A stretch of 64,000 bases of DNA from a virus: the IMG/VR virus record IMGVR_UViG_3300042558_005646, one strand, 5' to 3'. The notes under the pieces were generated by a model, which worked only from the letters and a program-made list of their open reading frames with translations, did no database searches and was not told the DNA's origin. The position numbers were made by a program, and so were the translations under genes. Positions within the stretch are counted from its first letter, which is position 1; each line of letters starts with the position of its first letter. This document shows positions 45,712 to 55,718 of the stretch, in pieces.

Positions 45712-46731
45712 ATGAAAGTTTTATATGTTTACAAACCATACTACGAGCATGATTTAAAATCCGAAAGCCAGCAAGAAAAAATAAGAGGTTCTTTTTACTC
45801 TGCATTTGGGGAAGACAATCCTGATTACACAATTGATGTAATTCACTTTGGGCATGCTCCTGGGTTAATTCGCACTTCTAAAGAAATGAATCAAGAAATT
45901 TTCAAAAAAGATTTTGATATATGTATAGTAAGTGAAGAGCTTGATTTTGCTGTTGAAATGGATACAATCAAAAAATTAGGAAAAAAACTATTTATTTGTT
46001 CTTGGGATAATTTTATTGCAACAAGTACAGATATGTATATAAACTTCAGGACAATGATTAAAAAGCCAAGAATTTGGGGCGAACATTGTTGGCCAATTCC
46101 GATTGCAGAAGCTGCGCAATATTGTAATGTCCTAGTTGGAGATTTTGGCAAAGATGAAATTATGCCCAATATTTATGGTGTCTATGGTGCAATGGACACT
46201 CGAAAATTAGATCTTGAAAATATCTTCGAGATTGAAAGAGATTTAGATGTTGGATTTAACGGAATGTTTTATATACCAGAAAGAGCTAGATTTTTTGAAA
46301 TATTTCAAAAAGCAAACATTCCAGTAACTTATTCTGGAAGTATTAATAAAAATATTTATCCAGCCCAAGTTTTGACTCTTGAAGATTACACTCACATGTT
46401 TAAAAGGACAAAAATATCTTTAGCTTACACTCAATCAGTATTTGGTCCAAACAATAAAACAAGAAAAGGTAGACCATTTGATTGTGCAATTTGTGGTAGT
46501 TTTATGTTGTCTACTCATCCTGAAGCTTATAAATTTAGAAACAGATATTGGTTTGAAGAAGGTGTTCATTATGATTCAATGAATGAATCGAACTGCGTAG
46601 ATAAAGTTAGATATTATCTTTCAAATCCTGAGAAAAGAATTGAAATGGCAAAAGCTATGAATCAACATTTTCATGACAATTACACTCCTATGCACTGGTG
46701 GCAAAATATCTTCAAATGGGCTGAGTCGTAA
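45712..46731 (+). CDS. Glycosyltransferase, CgeB/Glyco_trans_1_2-like (GT-B), 339 aa
   Basis: TKISL...RKGRPFDCAICGSFMLS...FEEGVHY...DKVRYYLSNPEKRIEMAKA; AGGAG SD. Confidence 0.75.
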   Translation: MKVLYVYKPYYEHDLKSESQQEKIRGSFYSAFGEDNPDYTIDVIHFGHAPGLIRTSKEMNQEIFKKDFDICIVSEELDFAVEMDTIKKLGKKLFICSWDNFIATSTDMYINFRTMIKKPRIWGEHCWPIPIAEAAQYCNVLVGDFGKDEIMPNIYGVYGAMDTRKLDLENIFEIERDLDVGFNGMFYIPERARFFEIFQKANIPVTYSGSINKNIYPAQVLTLEDYTHMFKRTKISLAYTQSVFGPNNKTRKGRPFDCAICGSFMLSTHPEAYKFRNRYWFEEGVHYDSMNESNCVDKVRYYLSNPEKRIEMAKAMNQHFHDNYTPMHWWQNIFKWAES

Positions 46732-46732
46732 C

Positions 46733-47692
46733 ATGTTCAAAGGAAAGAATGTTTTAATTACAGGAGGTTCTGGCATGATTGGTCGGCAACTTGTACTCAT
46801 TTTATTAGAAAAAGGTGCAAATGTATTTGTTGCTGACTTGAATGAACCTGTGAATATGCCAAATGAAATAACATTTTTAAAAGTTGATTTAAAAGAATTT
46901 TCAGATTGTAGAAGAATTTGTCAAGGTATGAATTTTATATTCAATTTAGTTGGTATTAAAGCTTCGCCAAAAGCTTGCATGGAACAGCCTGCTAATATTA
47001 TGGGCCCAATGATGCAATTTAACACCAATATGTTAGAAGCAGCAATGAAAGCAAATGTAGACTGGTATTTATATACTAGCTCTATTGGAGTTTACCAACC
47101 CGCACCTATTCTTCAAGAAGATGATGTGTTGAATACTATGCCTTCTAAAAATGACTGGTTTGGTGGTTGGGCCAAAAGAATGGGTGAAATGCAAATCAAG
47201 GCATATGAAGTTCAAAATGGTTTCAGCAAATGTTCAATTGTAAGGCCAGCAAATGTTTATGGTCCCTATGATAATTTTGACTTAAATTCAGCTATGGTAG
47301 TACCCTCATTAATTAGAAAAGCTGACGAAAATGAAAAGTTAGAAGTATGGGGAGATGGTTCACAGATAAGAGACTTTATTTATTCTCATGATGTTGCTAG
47401 AGGAATGATTTTTGCAGCAGAAAATAAATTAACTGAACCTATCAACTTAGGATCTGGTGAAGGCGTAACAATCAAAATTATTGCCGAAACTATAGCTAAC
47501 TATTTTGGAAAAGAATTAGTTTGGGATAAAGATAAGCCGTCTGGAGATCCTATAAGACTTTTTGACATGTCAAGAGCAAAATCTTATGGATATAAAGCAG
47601 AAATATCCATAGTTGAAGGTATTAATAACACTATTGATTGGTATGTCAATAATAAAAATATCATCAAGAAAAATTATGGAATCTTAAAATAA
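46733..47692 (+). CDS. GDP-L-fucose/colitose synthase-like epimerase-reductase, 319 aa
   Basis: TGGSGMIG, YTSSIGVY, GWAKRMGE, RPANVYGPYDNF, VWGDGSQIRDFIYSHDVA; start moved to MFKGK. Confidence 0.8.
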   Translation: MFKGKNVLITGGSGMIGRQLVLILLEKGANVFVADLNEPVNMPNEITFLKVDLKEFSDCRRICQGMNFIFNLVGIKASPKACMEQPANIMGPMMQFNTNMLEAAMKANVDWYLYTSSIGVYQPAPILQEDDVLNTMPSKNDWFGGWAKRMGEMQIKAYEVQNGFSKCSIVRPANVYGPYDNFDLNSAMVVPSLIRKADENEKLEVWGDGSQIRDFIYSHDVARGMIFAAENKLTEPINLGSGEGVTIKIIAETIANYFGKELVWDKDKPSGDPIRLFDMSRAKSYGYKAEISIVEGINNTIDWYVNNKNIIKKNYGILK

Positions 47693-48274
47693 ATGGAGTC
47701 AAAACCCAAAGTCTTAATTACTGGATGCTCATCTGGTCTAGGAAATTATTTAGCTAAAAAGTTTGAAAAAGAAGGTCATCAAGTTTTACGACACAATGGA
47801 AAACTTCATTTTGATTTAAGTGAACAAAATGAAGTTTTGTCTTTATCGAAAGAAGCTAAAAACTTCGGTGTCACTATATTGATAAACAATGCCGCAGTTG
47901 TTTGTCCCGATTTAAAATTTGATGATTATTCTTTAAATCAGATTAATGAAATGATAGACGTTAATTTGAAAGCTCCAATAATCTTAACTTTAGATTTATT
48001 ACCAGTATTGAAAAATATTATTAATATTAATTCAATTGTTGGTTTAGAAATTAAGAAAAATAGGACTATGTATTCAGCTACGAAATGGGGACTAAGAGGA
48101 TTTTATAATAGTTTCAAAATAAACAGCAAAGCTAAAGTGCTAGATGTGTATCCATCGAATATACAAACATCTCCAGAAAGAACAAATGCGCTTGATATAG
48201 ACTTTGTAGTAAATTCAATTTACGATGCTTATCTTTCTGATCAAACTGAATTAATTTTGGATGGAAGAATTTAA
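47693..48274 (+). CDS. Short classical SDR oxidoreductase, 193 aa
   Basis: TGCSSGLG, NNAA, YSATK. Confidence 0.85.
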   Translation: MESKPKVLITGCSSGLGNYLAKKFEKEGHQVLRHNGKLHFDLSEQNEVLSLSKEAKNFGVTILINNAAVVCPDLKFDDYSLNQINEMIDVNLKAPIILTLDLLPVLKNIININSIVGLEIKKNRTMYSATKWGLRGFYNSFKINSKAKVLDVYPSNIQTSPERTNALDIDFVVNSIYDAYLSDQTELILDGRI

Positions 48275-49239
48275 TGAAACAAAAAATGTTAATTTGCGGA
48301 GCAACAGGTTTTTTAGGTAGAAATATTCTTGAATATTATTCCAAAAAAAATCAGTATGATATCAAGGCAGTGCACTTTAGAAGACCAGCAATCATAGAAT
48401 ACCAAAATGTTGAGTGGATACATTGTGATTTAAGAAATTCTGATGACGTAAAAAAAGCTATTGAAGGAGTGGATATAGTCTTACAATTTGCTGCAACAAC
48501 ATCAGGAGCAAAGGATATTCTATCAAAACCATATATTCACGTTACTGACAATGCTATTATGAATTCTTTACTATTGAGAGAATCATTTGAGCAAGAAGTT
48601 AAGCATTTTATTTTTCCTAGCTGTACAATTATGTATCAAAGCTCAGAAAATCTTATTAAAGAAACTGATTTTAATCCTGCTGACGAAATAAAATCTACCT
48701 ATTTTGGAGCTGGTCATACTAAAGTTTATTTAGAGAATATGTGTGAATTTTATTCAAGGTTTGGCAAAACAAAACATACAGTAATTAGACATTCAAACAT
48801 CTATGGTCCTTACGATAAATTTGATTTAGAAAAGTCTCACGTTTTCGGAGCGACAGTTGCTAAAGTTTTCAATTCTACAGATGGATATGTTAATGTTTGG
48901 GGCGCAGGTGAAGAAAAGAGAGATTTACTTTATGTTGAAGATTTTTTAAGTTTCATAGATTGCGCAATATGTAATCAAAAAAGTTTTTTTGATATTTTTA
49001 ATGTGGGCTTGGGTCAATTCATAAGTATAAAAGACTTAGTTGACAAAATTATCAAGCAAGGTATAATTCCCTTGAAAGCAAGGAATGACTTATCCAAACA
49101 ATCTATTTCAACATCTATATGTTTGGATTGCACAAAGGCGAAAAACATTCTTGGTTGGTCACCCAAATTTACTTTAGATGCTGGAATTTTAAAAACTATT
49201 GAGTGGTATAAATTATGGAACAAAATGGATACTCTTTGA
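48274..49239 (+). CDS. Second fucose-synthase-like NAD-dependent epimerase/reductase, 321 aa
   Basis: CGATGFLG, RHSNIYGPYDKFD, VWGAGEEKRDLLYVED. Confidence 0.82.
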   Translation: MKQKMLICGATGFLGRNILEYYSKKNQYDIKAVHFRRPAIIEYQNVEWIHCDLRNSDDVKKAIEGVDIVLQFAATTSGAKDILSKPYIHVTDNAIMNSLLLRESFEQEVKHFIFPSCTIMYQSSENLIKETDFNPADEIKSTYFGAGHTKVYLENMCEFYSRFGKTKHTVIRHSNIYGPYDKFDLEKSHVFGATVAKVFNSTDGYVNVWGAGEEKRDLLYVEDFLSFIDCAICNQKSFFDIFNVGLGQFISIKDLVDKIIKQGIIPLKARNDLSKQSISTSICLDCTKAKNILGWSPKFTLDAGILKTIEWYKLWNKMDTL

Positions 49240-49961
49240 CTAAAGAACAAATAGACGAATTTCATGAAAATGGTTTTCTTCATTTGAAAAATGTGTTTTC
49301 AAATAAATATTGTCTTGAACTATTAGATGAGGCAGAAGAAAAGTCTAATGGATTTTACACAAACTATCTTCATTTTCATCGTACAGGCAAGTTTAGAAAA
49401 CTAATTGCTGGTAAAACAATGTGTGATATTGGGGATTCGTTAATGGATCATAAAATGATTCCTTGCGGAAGTGGCTTCTTTTTCTGCAAACCAAACAATC
49501 CTCTTGAGCATGGGTCTGTTTGGCATCAGGACAATTATTCAGTTAAGGCTCCATTCAATTCATATTTAAATTTAGCCGTAGTTCTAGACGACGCAGATGA
49601 ATCAAATGGTTCGCTTACAGTAGTACCTGGTTCTCATAAATTAGGTGACCTTCCTAATGATCCTAAACCAAATTTTAAGTACGATGAAGAAGGAAGACTT
49701 TACCAATTTGCACCTATTGGAAATAACTGCGAAGTACCAGAAGGTTACCCAATTGTAAACTTGACTTATAACAGAGGTGATGTTTTATGTATACATGCAC
49801 ACATTGTTCATAAGGCAAATAAAAATGTTCACGAAACAAAATGGAGAAGAAAAATTTATCTCGATTACATCAAGAATGGTGACCCATTTTGGCCAGGCTG
49901 GACTGCAAAAAGATTACTCTTAGAAAGATACGATTCACCTCACTATAAGGATGAAGATTAA
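49215..49961 (+). CDS. Phytanoyl-CoA dioxygenase (PhyH) family 2OG-Fe(II) enzyme, 248 aa
   Basis: EQIDEFHENGF, WHQD (HxD), LDDADESNGSLTVVPGSH, GDVLCIH..IVH. Confidence 0.88.
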   Translation: MEQNGYSLTKEQIDEFHENGFLHLKNVFSNKYCLELLDEAEEKSNGFYTNYLHFHRTGKFRKLIAGKTMCDIGDSLMDHKMIPCGSGFFFCKPNNPLEHGSVWHQDNYSVKAPFNSYLNLAVVLDDADESNGSLTVVPGSHKLGDLPNDPKPNFKYDEEGRLYQFAPIGNNCEVPEGYPIVNLTYNRGDVLCIHAHIVHKANKNVHETKWRRKIYLDYIKNGDPFWPGWTAKRLLLERYDSPHYKDED

Positions 49962-49964
49962 AAG

Positions 49965-50507
49965 ATGAAAAAAGCACTTGTTATTACTTGGGAAAAGTAT
50001 CAAGACCATGAATTGATTTATCCATATTATTCTCTAAAAGAACATGGATTTGAAGTTGATATTATGGCAAACAAGGTAGGAAAAATTTGGGGCAGTTTAG
50101 GAACTCATATGCCTTGTACTCGAGAAACTTCTGAATTCGAAAATTTAGAAAACATCGAAAAATACCTTAATGAATATGAAATTTTAGTTGTACCTGGTGG
50201 TGTAAAAGCGCTTGAAAAGGTTCGACAAGAAAAAGGTGTTTTAGAATTCATTAGACAATGGAACGAAAAAAGAAAAACCATCTTTTGTATCTGTAATGGT
50301 GCTCAATTGTTAATTTCTGCTAAGATTTTAAATGGCAGAATTATGTCAGGATATTATTCAATTGATATTGATATCGAAAATGCAGGAGCTACATATGATA
50401 GAAGTCCTGTTGTAGTCGATGATAATATAATTTCCTGCCCACATTATGACTTTATGGGCTTATGGCTTAAAACAGCATTTGAAGTTCATGCAAATAGAAT
50501 CTCATAA
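49965..50507 (+). CDS. DJ-1/PfpI family protein, 180 aa
   Basis: YQDHEL, VPGG, nucleophile elbow ICNG, VVVDDNIIS. Confidence 0.88.
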   Translation: MKKALVITWEKYQDHELIYPYYSLKEHGFEVDIMANKVGKIWGSLGTHMPCTRETSEFENLENIEKYLNEYEILVVPGGVKALEKVRQEKGVLEFIRQWNEKRKTIFCICNGAQLLISAKILNGRIMSGYYSIDIDIENAGATYDRSPVVVDDNIISCPHYDFMGLWLKTAFEVHANRIS

Positions 50508-51168
50508 TAATAATATAATTAAGAAACCTTGGGGCTACGAGTATCTTGTATATCAAGATACTAATGTAGCTCTTTGGTTTTTATATATTGCTCCAAATCA
50601 TAAAACATCTTTGCACTCTCATCCAAAAAAAACTACAGGATTGATAATTTTGGATGGAAAAGCACAAGTAGATTTTTTTAATAACGAAAATGTCTTAAAC
50701 AAACTTGACAAAATTATGATTAGAAAAGGGATGTTTCATTCAACAACATCTATTTCAGAAAATGGAACAAAACTTTTCGAAATAGAAACCCCAAATGATA
50801 AACTAGATTTAGTTAGATTAGAAGATTCATACGGTAGAAAGGGTTTGCCTTATGAAGATTCATCTTATGAAAATCCGAAACAAGATAATTGTCTTTGGTT
50901 GGAAAATCTTTCACTTTATGAGAATCAAAAACTTTTATTTTCTAATTGCAATCTAAGTATTTTGAATGTTAAAAAAATTACTGATTTGACTTGGTTAGAG
51001 CCGCAGAAAAATGTTATGTTTTTAACTGGTGGTATAATTACTGATTACGAAGTACTTATAGTTTGTCCCGGAGATATAGTCAAGATTGAAATATTACAAA
51101 AAATTGAAACAGTGTTTAATAAAATAAAAGAAAACACATTTGTAATTTTATTTGAAAATTTAGATTAA
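50488..51168 (+). CDS. Cupin-domain protein (sugar isomerase/epimerase-like), 226 aa
   Basis: KPWGYE, TSLHSHPKK, FH, FEIETP; start moved to MQIESH. Confidence 0.7.
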   Translation: MQIESHNNNIIKKPWGYEYLVYQDTNVALWFLYIAPNHKTSLHSHPKKTTGLIILDGKAQVDFFNNENVLNKLDKIMIRKGMFHSTTSISENGTKLFEIETPNDKLDLVRLEDSYGRKGLPYEDSSYENPKQDNCLWLENLSLYENQKLLFSNCNLSILNVKKITDLTWLEPQKNVMFLTGGIITDYEVLIVCPGDIVKIEILQKIETVFNKIKENTFVILFENLD

Positions 51169-51169
51169 T

Positions 51170-52000
51170 ATGAATAACTATTTAGAGAAAGTTTTTGAAA
51201 AAATTTCTTTTTGCAGGCATTTTGAACAATATGTTTATAAAAAAGTGCAAGATAAAACTATCAAAATCCCAGTGTATTTATCAGCTGGTCAAGAAAGTAC
51301 TCCTTGTTCAATTTCAACTTATTTAGAAGATAAAAATATTAAGCCAAATATTTTTATTCAACATAGAGGACATTCAACATACTTGGCTTTTGAAGCGCCA
51401 CCTGAAAAGCTAATTGATGAATTACTTGGGTTAGATTCCGGCTGTGCATTTGGTATGGGAGGTTCTGCTTCTATACAATCTTTAGAAAAAAATATATTTG
51501 GTCATGATGGTTTAATGGGTTCTCAGGTACCTATTGCTGTTGGACATTGCTATCAAACAAAACAACCAACTATTGTTTTTATGGGAGATGCATCTGCGGA
51601 AGAAGATTATGTTGGTGCAGCCATAGGGTGGGCTTCAACTAAAAATCTACCAATTCTATTTGTTGTTGAAGATAATAATTTGTCAATTCTTACAGAAAAG
51701 AAGATTAGAAGAAACTGGAATATGCATGAGCTTGCACAAGCATATAAGGTTGAAGCTTATGACATTGAAGATAGTCCTACAGAAATTTTCAATCATCTCA
51801 AAAATGTTTTTAATACTCCTTTATTGTTGAATGTGAGAACTATCAGAAAATTTTGGCATTCTGGTGCTGGAATTGATGGGGATTATTTTGATAGGCTTGA
51901 ATGGATAAAAGAAACCTTGCAGTTTGATACATCATTTATCGATGAAAACAACAAAAATAAAGTTGAGGCATTATGGCAATCACGCTTAGAGACACTATAA
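51170..52000 (+). CDS. TPP-dependent dehydrogenase E1 alpha-like subunit, 276 aa
   Basis: YLSAGQE, HRGH, GSQVPIAVG, MGDAS..E...NLPILFVVEDN. Confidence 0.88.
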   Translation: MNNYLEKVFEKISFCRHFEQYVYKKVQDKTIKIPVYLSAGQESTPCSISTYLEDKNIKPNIFIQHRGHSTYLAFEAPPEKLIDELLGLDSGCAFGMGGSASIQSLEKNIFGHDGLMGSQVPIAVGHCYQTKQPTIVFMGDASAEEDYVGAAIGWASTKNLPILFVVEDNNLSILTEKKIRRNWNMHELAQAYKVEAYDIEDSPTEIFNHLKNVFNTPLLLNVRTIRKFWHSGAGIDGDYFDRLEWIKETLQFDTSFIDENNKNKVEALWQSRLETL

Positions 52001-52893
52001 AATCAATAGTAAAAGACCATTTAGTTAGCAAAAAAGGCAAAGCATATGGTCAATGCTTAACTGCTGTAGGCTGGGTTGGTGGAACTTTACCAGAGCTTTA
52101 TGAACATGATGGCATGGTTGAACTTTCTATGGCAGATGTTGCTGGTGGTGCAATTGTTGTTGGTGCAGCTTTAGCTGGAGATAGACCTATTTATGTAGTT
52201 AGATATCAAGGTTTTCAGTGGTATAACTGCGTGTCAATTGTTAATTATGCCGCAAAATCTAAATCAATATGGAAAAGGCCTTGTCCAGTTTTTGTGAGAT
52301 CTATTGCTATGGAAGGCGGAATTGGGCCTGTTGCTGGTTCATCTCATCATTCCTTGGTTTATAGAATGCCCGGAATTAAAATTGCAAGTCCCATGTCTCC
52401 ATCAGAATATTTAGAATGTTATGATCATTTTATGAACGATGATGAGCCATACTATATATCTGAACATAGAAAAAGCTATGATAATACATCTAATTTATGT
52501 GATGTTTTTGAAAACGAGACTCCAGATTTTACAATTTTCCCAATTTCAATAACCAGATTTGAAATGGACAAACTAGTTCAATTATGTAAAGAATATAGTA
52601 TCAAGATTAACATATGTAATTTGATGTGGTTGAAACCACTTAAAGTATCCGACAAAGCTATAAAGAGTCTAAGTAATTCAAAATTTGGAGGCTTAGTATT
52701 AGATGATGATTACGAAAGCGGTTGCCAATCACATATTGCTAATCAATTATCAGTATCTTCTAGTAAAATTGTTAGATGCTTGGGCCTGGAAGATAAAACA
52801 GCAGGCTTCTATAACAGAGTTGATGTTCTACCTCCAACTGCTAAAAGTATCGTTGATTTTTTATTGAATATTAAAAACGAAACTAGGGTATAA
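51973..52893 (+). CDS. TPP-dependent dehydrogenase E1 beta/transketolase-like subunit, 306 aa
   Basis: GAALAGDRPI, GPVAGSSH, PGIKIASP, NLMWLKPL, LVLDDD. Confidence 0.85.
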   Translation: MAITLRDTIKSIVKDHLVSKKGKAYGQCLTAVGWVGGTLPELYEHDGMVELSMADVAGGAIVVGAALAGDRPIYVVRYQGFQWYNCVSIVNYAAKSKSIWKRPCPVFVRSIAMEGGIGPVAGSSHHSLVYRMPGIKIASPMSPSEYLECYDHFMNDDEPYYISEHRKSYDNTSNLCDVFENETPDFTIFPISITRFEMDKLVQLCKEYSIKINICNLMWLKPLKVSDKAIKSLSNSKFGGLVLDDDYESGCQSHIANQLSVSSSKIVRCLGLEDKTAGFYNRVDVLPPTAKSIVDFLLNIKNETRV

Positions 52894-52909
52894 TTTATTA
52901 GGGTGTAAA

Positions 52910-54073
52910 ATGTTTTATTTACCATTAATGAACAATAATATTGACAAAGAAGATATTAATTCAGTTATTGATTTTTTATCTCAAGATCAAATTCCCAAGC
53001 TTACAAATGGACCGAAAGTTGCTGAATTTGAGTCTGCTTGGGGAAAATGGCTAGGTACAAAGTATAATTTATTTGTCAATTCTGGAGCATCAGCAAATGA
53101 ATTGACAATGCTAGCTATAGCTCATTTAATTGGTGAAGGGGAAATTATTCTTCCACCACTTACCTGGATTTCAGATATTTCTTCAGTACTTTTTGCTGGA
53201 CATAAACTAGTATTTGTTGATGTAAATTTTACAAATCTTTCCTTTGATATAGAGAAATTAATAGCTGCTATCACCCCAGAAACAAAAGCCATATTTCTTA
53301 CTCACGTTCTAGGAATCAATGGTCTTACCAATGATCTTTTAAGGATATGTGAAGAGAACAACATTCTTTTAATAGAAGATGTTTGTGAATCTCATGGTAC
53401 AACTTTTCAAGATTGCAAAGTTGGAAATTTTGGATTTGCAAGTAATTTTAGTTTTTATTTTGCTCACCATATGTCAACTATTGAAGGCGGTATGATCTCT
53501 ACAAATAATTGGGAATTTTATCAAGTTTGTCGTGCTCTTAGGTCGCATGGAATGACTAGAGAAATGACAAGTGAAACAATGAAAATTTCTATTGCTCAAG
53601 ATAATCCTGACCTTAATCCAGATTTTATTTTTCTAAGACCGGCTCATAATTTTAGAAGCACTGAAATTAATGCTGTAATTGGAATTTCTCAGTTGACTAA
53701 GTTAGATCAAAAAAATAATGAAAGAAGAGAAAATTTTGACTTATTCATATCAAACTTAAATCCTGAAAAATATCATATAGCAATTAATACTGAGGGTAAT
53801 TGCAATTACGCTTTTATAGTAATACTTAAAGAGCCTAATTTTGAAAAACGAAATGCTCTGGAAAATAAACTATCTGAAAATGGAATTGAATTTAGAAGAG
53901 GATTGTCTGGTGGTGGAAATCAAATGAGACAGCCATTTTTTAAGGCTATTTATAACGATTTTACAAATTATCCTAATATTGAACACATTCATAATTTCTC
54001 TTGGTATGTTGGAAACTATCCTGGTCTTGAAAAAGAAAAAATTATCAAATTACTAGAGGTTTTGAATAGTTAA
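52910..54073 (+). CDS. PLP-dependent ColD-like NDP-4-keto-6-deoxysugar 3-dehydratase (DegT/DnrJ fold), 387 aa
   Basis: VNSGASAN, LIEDVCESHG, and FSFYFAHHMSTIEGG with His at the position of the Schiff-base Lys; no Fe-S Cys motif. Confidence 0.75.
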   Translation: MFYLPLMNNNIDKEDINSVIDFLSQDQIPKLTNGPKVAEFESAWGKWLGTKYNLFVNSGASANELTMLAIAHLIGEGEIILPPLTWISDISSVLFAGHKLVFVDVNFTNLSFDIEKLIAAITPETKAIFLTHVLGINGLTNDLLRICEENNILLIEDVCESHGTTFQDCKVGNFGFASNFSFYFAHHMSTIEGGMISTNNWEFYQVCRALRSHGMTREMTSETMKISIAQDNPDLNPDFIFLRPAHNFRSTEINAVIGISQLTKLDQKNNERRENFDLFISNLNPEKYHIAINTEGNCNYAFIVILKEPNFEKRNALENKLSENGIEFRRGLSGGGNQMRQPFFKAIYNDFTNYPNIEHIHNFSWYVGNYPGLEKEKIIKLLEVLNS

Positions 54074-54078
54074 TTTCT

Positions 54079-54849
54079 ATGAAAAGTCAATTTAAAAATA
54101 TAAATATATTAGTTATTGGAGATTCTTGCACTGATATTTTCACTTATGGAAATGTTTATAGATTGGCTCCAGAAGGCCCAGTACCCGTTTTTAATCCAAG
54201 CCATTCTCAAAGTAGTGGTGGAATGGCTTTAAATGTGCATCGCAATATTGTTGCAATAGGAGCAAATGCTACACTAATCTGTCAAGAAGAAGAAATTTAC
54301 AAAACAAGATATGTTGATTATCGGACAAATAGTCTTCTTCTAAGAATTGATACAAACGACAAATCAACAAGAATCAGTAGAGAAGTAATTAGTAAAATAA
54401 AAAATAATCATTATTTAGATGTAGCATACGATGCAATAATTATAAGTGATTATTGTAAAGGTTTTCTTGAAGAGGATGATATTTCTTTCATTGGAAGAAA
54501 TAATAAAAATGTTTTTCTAGACACTAAAAAAATTTTAGATGAATGGTGCAAGAATGTTTCATATATTAAAATAAATGAAACTGAATATGAAAGAACATTA
54601 CATACTATAGAAAAGTTAAATATTAATAAAAAACTTATAATAACAAAGTCTGATAAAGGTTGTGAATTTGATGGAAATATATTTCCAGTTGAAAAAGTTA
54701 ATATTAAAGACTTATCTGGCGCTGGAGATACTTTTATTTCAGGATTAGCTGTAGAGTTTGCAAGATCTAATGATATTTTTAATTCAATTGTTTTTGCTCA
54801 AGAATGTGCTACTAAAGTTGTGCAAAAGAAAGGTGTGTGTACTATATGA
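54079..54849 (+). CDS. PfkB-family kinase, HldE/RfaE domain I (heptose-7-phosphate kinase)-like, 256 aa
   Basis: VIGD, RLAPEGPVPV, GG.ALNV, LLRID, ISDYCKG, INETE, DLSGAGDTF. Confidence 0.85.
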   Translation: MKSQFKNINILVIGDSCTDIFTYGNVYRLAPEGPVPVFNPSHSQSSGGMALNVHRNIVAIGANATLICQEEEIYKTRYVDYRTNSLLLRIDTNDKSTRISREVISKIKNNHYLDVAYDAIIISDYCKGFLEEDDISFIGRNNKNVFLDTKKILDEWCKNVSYIKINETEYERTLHTIEKLNINKKLIITKSDKGCEFDGNIFPVEKVNIKDLSGAGDTFISGLAVEFARSNDIFNSIVFAQECATKVVQKKGVCTI

Positions 54850-55718
54850 TAGATATAGATACAATTATTCGTGAAAGATTAAATCTTCATGATATCTCTG
54901 ACATAGATTGTTATAAAAACATTGACAAAAGAAATGAATTTCATACAAAAATAAAAGACATTATTAATGAACATGTTCCGAAGATTGAATCAAAACATAA
55001 CCCAGAACATGAAGCACTTCTTAAAGATCAAGGATATGTCATTTTTGAAAATTTTTTGAGCCAAGAGCAAGTAAATAGTATTTTAGAATACACTAAAGAT
55101 AAAGCTGGATATAATTTCCATGTTCCTAATAGAGCTTACAATAAAGAAACTAAAATTTTTTCTGACGATATAGATTGGAATATTTTAGCTTATAATACAG
55201 ATGTATTACTTAAAAACGAGTTAATTATCAAAATTATGACTGACCCTGTGTTAGTTTCATTGGCGCAATCATATATAGGTTGCTTGCCCTCTGTACATAT
55301 GCTAAGTATGTGGTGGAGTAAATTCACAGGTGAAGTTTTTCACACTCAAAAAATACACAGAGACGGGGACGATTATAAGTTTTTAGCTTTTTTTGTTTTC
55401 TTGACTGATATTGATGAAAACAATGGACCTCATATTTTTTATCCAAGAACACAAAATGGTTCAGATGATCTTTCTGAAAAAGTTGTTATAACAGGAAAAG
55501 CAGGAACTGCAGTTTTAGCAGATACATTTGCTTGGCATCATGGAGCACCTTTAAAGGAAGGTAAAAGAATGCTAATGTTTATTAGATTTGGTCTATTTAA
55601 AAATAATAATTATTATAGAGATGAAAGCTACGTACATGCTCAAGATTCTGATGTATTCTTTAGTAAAATTGAAGATTCATATACTAATAGGCATTTATTG
55701 AGGTTATTTATCAAATGA
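54846..55718 (+). CDS. Second PhyH-like 2OG-Fe(II) dioxygenase, 290 aa
   Basis: QGYVIFENFL, HRD (HxD), FLTDIDENNGPH, GTAVLADT..WHHG; start moved to ATG 54846 (ATGA overlap). Confidence 0.75.
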   Translation: MIDIDTIIRERLNLHDISDIDCYKNIDKRNEFHTKIKDIINEHVPKIESKHNPEHEALLKDQGYVIFENFLSQEQVNSILEYTKDKAGYNFHVPNRAYNKETKIFSDDIDWNILAYNTDVLLKNELIIKIMTDPVLVSLAQSYIGCLPSVHMLSMWWSKFTGEVFHTQKIHRDGDDYKFLAFFVFLTDIDENNGPHIFYPRTQNGSDDLSEKVVITGKAGTAVLADTFAWHHGAPLKEGKRMLMFIRFGLFKNNNYYRDESYVHAQDSDVFFSKIEDSYTNRHLLRLFIK

